The notes under the pieces are model-generated. The model saw only the letters and a program-made list of their open reading frames with translations, was not told where the DNA came from and did not search any database. A program made the translations under genes and the position numbers. 64,000 nucleotides of DNA from Octopus sinensis (Eukaryota): positions 6,014,001-6,078,000 of the forward strand of contig NC_043022.1 in the NCBI RefSeq assembly GCF_006345805.1, in the 5' to 3' direction. Positions 62,304 to 64,000 of this stretch are shown piece by piece (position 1 is the first letter of the stretch; each line of letters opens with the position of its first letter).

Positions 62304-62557
62304 CAGGGTTGGCCAAAAGTCACCTGACAGTAAATCAAAACCACTCAATTCCATGATTAAAACAAGAAATTATTTTATGAGACTTTCCTAATAAACAGAC
62401 AAATGTTGAAAAAAAAAAAAAAAAAGGAAAAAAAACGGTGATTCTAACTCACAGCATTCAATTATTGAACTTTCATAATTGGAAGGAATAAATAAAATTG
62501 AATATTAAATATTTAAGGAATTGTGATTTACTGTCGGGTGACTTTTGGCTAACCCTG
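62304..62557. mobile_element. Tc1/mariner-type MITE, 254 bp
   Basis: ~34-bp TIRs cagggttggccaaaagtcacctgacagtaaatca / tgatttactgtcgggtgacttttggctaaccctg with TA flanks. Confidence 0.92.
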
Positions 62558-62574
62558 TATATGTGTATACATAT

Positions 62575-62935
62575 GTGTATATATACTCATTCTCATTTAC
62601 TCATTTACTTGTTTCAGTCATTAGACTGCGGCCATGCTGGAGCACCGCCTTTAGTCAAGCAAATCGACCCCGGGACTTATTCTTTGTAAGCCCAGTACTT
62701 ATTCTATCGGTCTCTTTTGCCGAACCGCTAAGTGACGGGGACGTAAACACACCAGCATCGGTTGTCAAGCAATGCTAGGGGGACAAACACAGACACACAA
62801 ACACACACATATATATATATATATATACATATATACGACAGGCTTCTTTCAGTTTCCGTCTCCCAAGATGCCACGCAGTGGGACTGAACCCGGAACCATG
62901 TGGTTGGTTAGCAAGCTACTTACCACACAGCCACT
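62575..62935 (-). mobile_element. SINE family S1 with internal deletion
   Basis: Joins ttccgtct directly to cccaagatgcc, missing ~50 bp of the pattern seen in other copies. Confidence 0.93.
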
Positions 62936-64000
62936 GTATATTTATGTATATACACACACACATATACATACATATATATGTATCAGACAGTGCGTCATAA
63001 AAACTATATTACTTCTCTACCCTTCGTGTGTGTGTGTCTATGTACTTTGTCTCACACCACCTCTTGATAACTGGTGTTGGCTTGTTTACATCCCCATAAC
63101 TTAGAGGTTTGCCAAAAGAAACCAATAAAATAAGTGTCTGACTTCAAAAAAAACACAAAGGGAACTGGGGTTGGTTCATTCAGCTAAAGTTATTCAAAGT
63201 GGTGCCCCAGCATGGCCACAGTCCAAAGACTGGAAAAGCAAGTGAAAGATAAAAAAAAGAAAGATCCTGTTTAGACTCTTAAAAAGTGTGAATGACTTTC
63301 ACAAATGTTCGGAAGTCATTGTCATGGTTTTTTGAGTCTAATCCACTTAAGCTAGGTTCAAAGGTATTCCCCACCATGACCATCCCTAGTGAATCTAGGA
63401 TTACCGTTATGTCATTTCCTTTTGAAAGATGACAGGATGTCATTTGAGGGAGACTGATGAAATGAATCATCAGTTTTCAACGAATCAATAAATGAAACTC
63501 TTTGGCAGGTATTGAGTGCATTCTTGCTTGTGTGTGTGTGTGTGTGTGTGTGTATGCGCATATATACATATATATGTGTGTGTATATATCCAAATTGAGG
63601 GAGTGGAGCAGGTAAAATCCAGCCTACATATGTTTCCAAGCTGGCAGATCCTCTTATGTAATAATTACTCAATGAGGGTTACTCAGCCAGCAGCTGCTCA
63701 CCAAGCCAAGGATACCTTATTTATATATTGCCATTTGGGAATCCCAACACACACACATGTATACATGTGTGTGTGTGTACACACATACATGTATGTGTGT
63801 GTATATATACATATATGTATATATACATATATGTATATATACATATATGTATATATACATATATGTATGTATATATATATTCTGTAACACTACGAAAGTG
63901 TGTTACATAGTTAGATTCTTGGTTCGATAATAATATATATATATCAAGGGCCGTATATGATTTCATTCTACCAAATTCTCTCACAAAGGCATTGGATGGC

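Overview
Eukaryotic, AT-rich, repeat-saturated genomic DNA, most likely an octopus (coleoid cephalopod). This assignment rests on recognising the tRNA-derived SINE families and the microsatellite load, not on a database search. There is no long genuine ORF: the long ORFs in the track are mostly microsatellite, satellite or SINE translations. The window looks like the intron-dominated part of one large + strand gene that I cannot name. It has a candidate 48-nt exon (11233-11280), a CpG-rich promoter/5' leader (~14.5-15.7 kb) ending in a CAAC-ATG start (MPNIEQLATKQ, donor at 15690), and several scattered exon candidates. The most interesting signal is three widely spaced segments (20881, 28561, 48681). 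Each follows a 3' splice site, is phase 1, and encodes a shared PE-x7/8-HGC motif conserved mainly through synonymous changes, suggesting a hidden array of duplicated alternative exons. Other contents: four or more SINE families (several with clear TSDs, one with a 102-bp duplication), RTE LINE tails, Penelope-like remnants with degenerate hammerhead-ribozyme cores, piggyBac/mariner/hAT/pogo-type MITEs, a MITE-spacer-MITE composite present twice in inverted orientation, several fold-back palindromes, and a 2.5-kb CT-rich minisatellite abutting the promoter. No CRISPR array, rRNA or intact tRNA is supported. All gene-model calls are sequence-only inferences needing RNA-seq.
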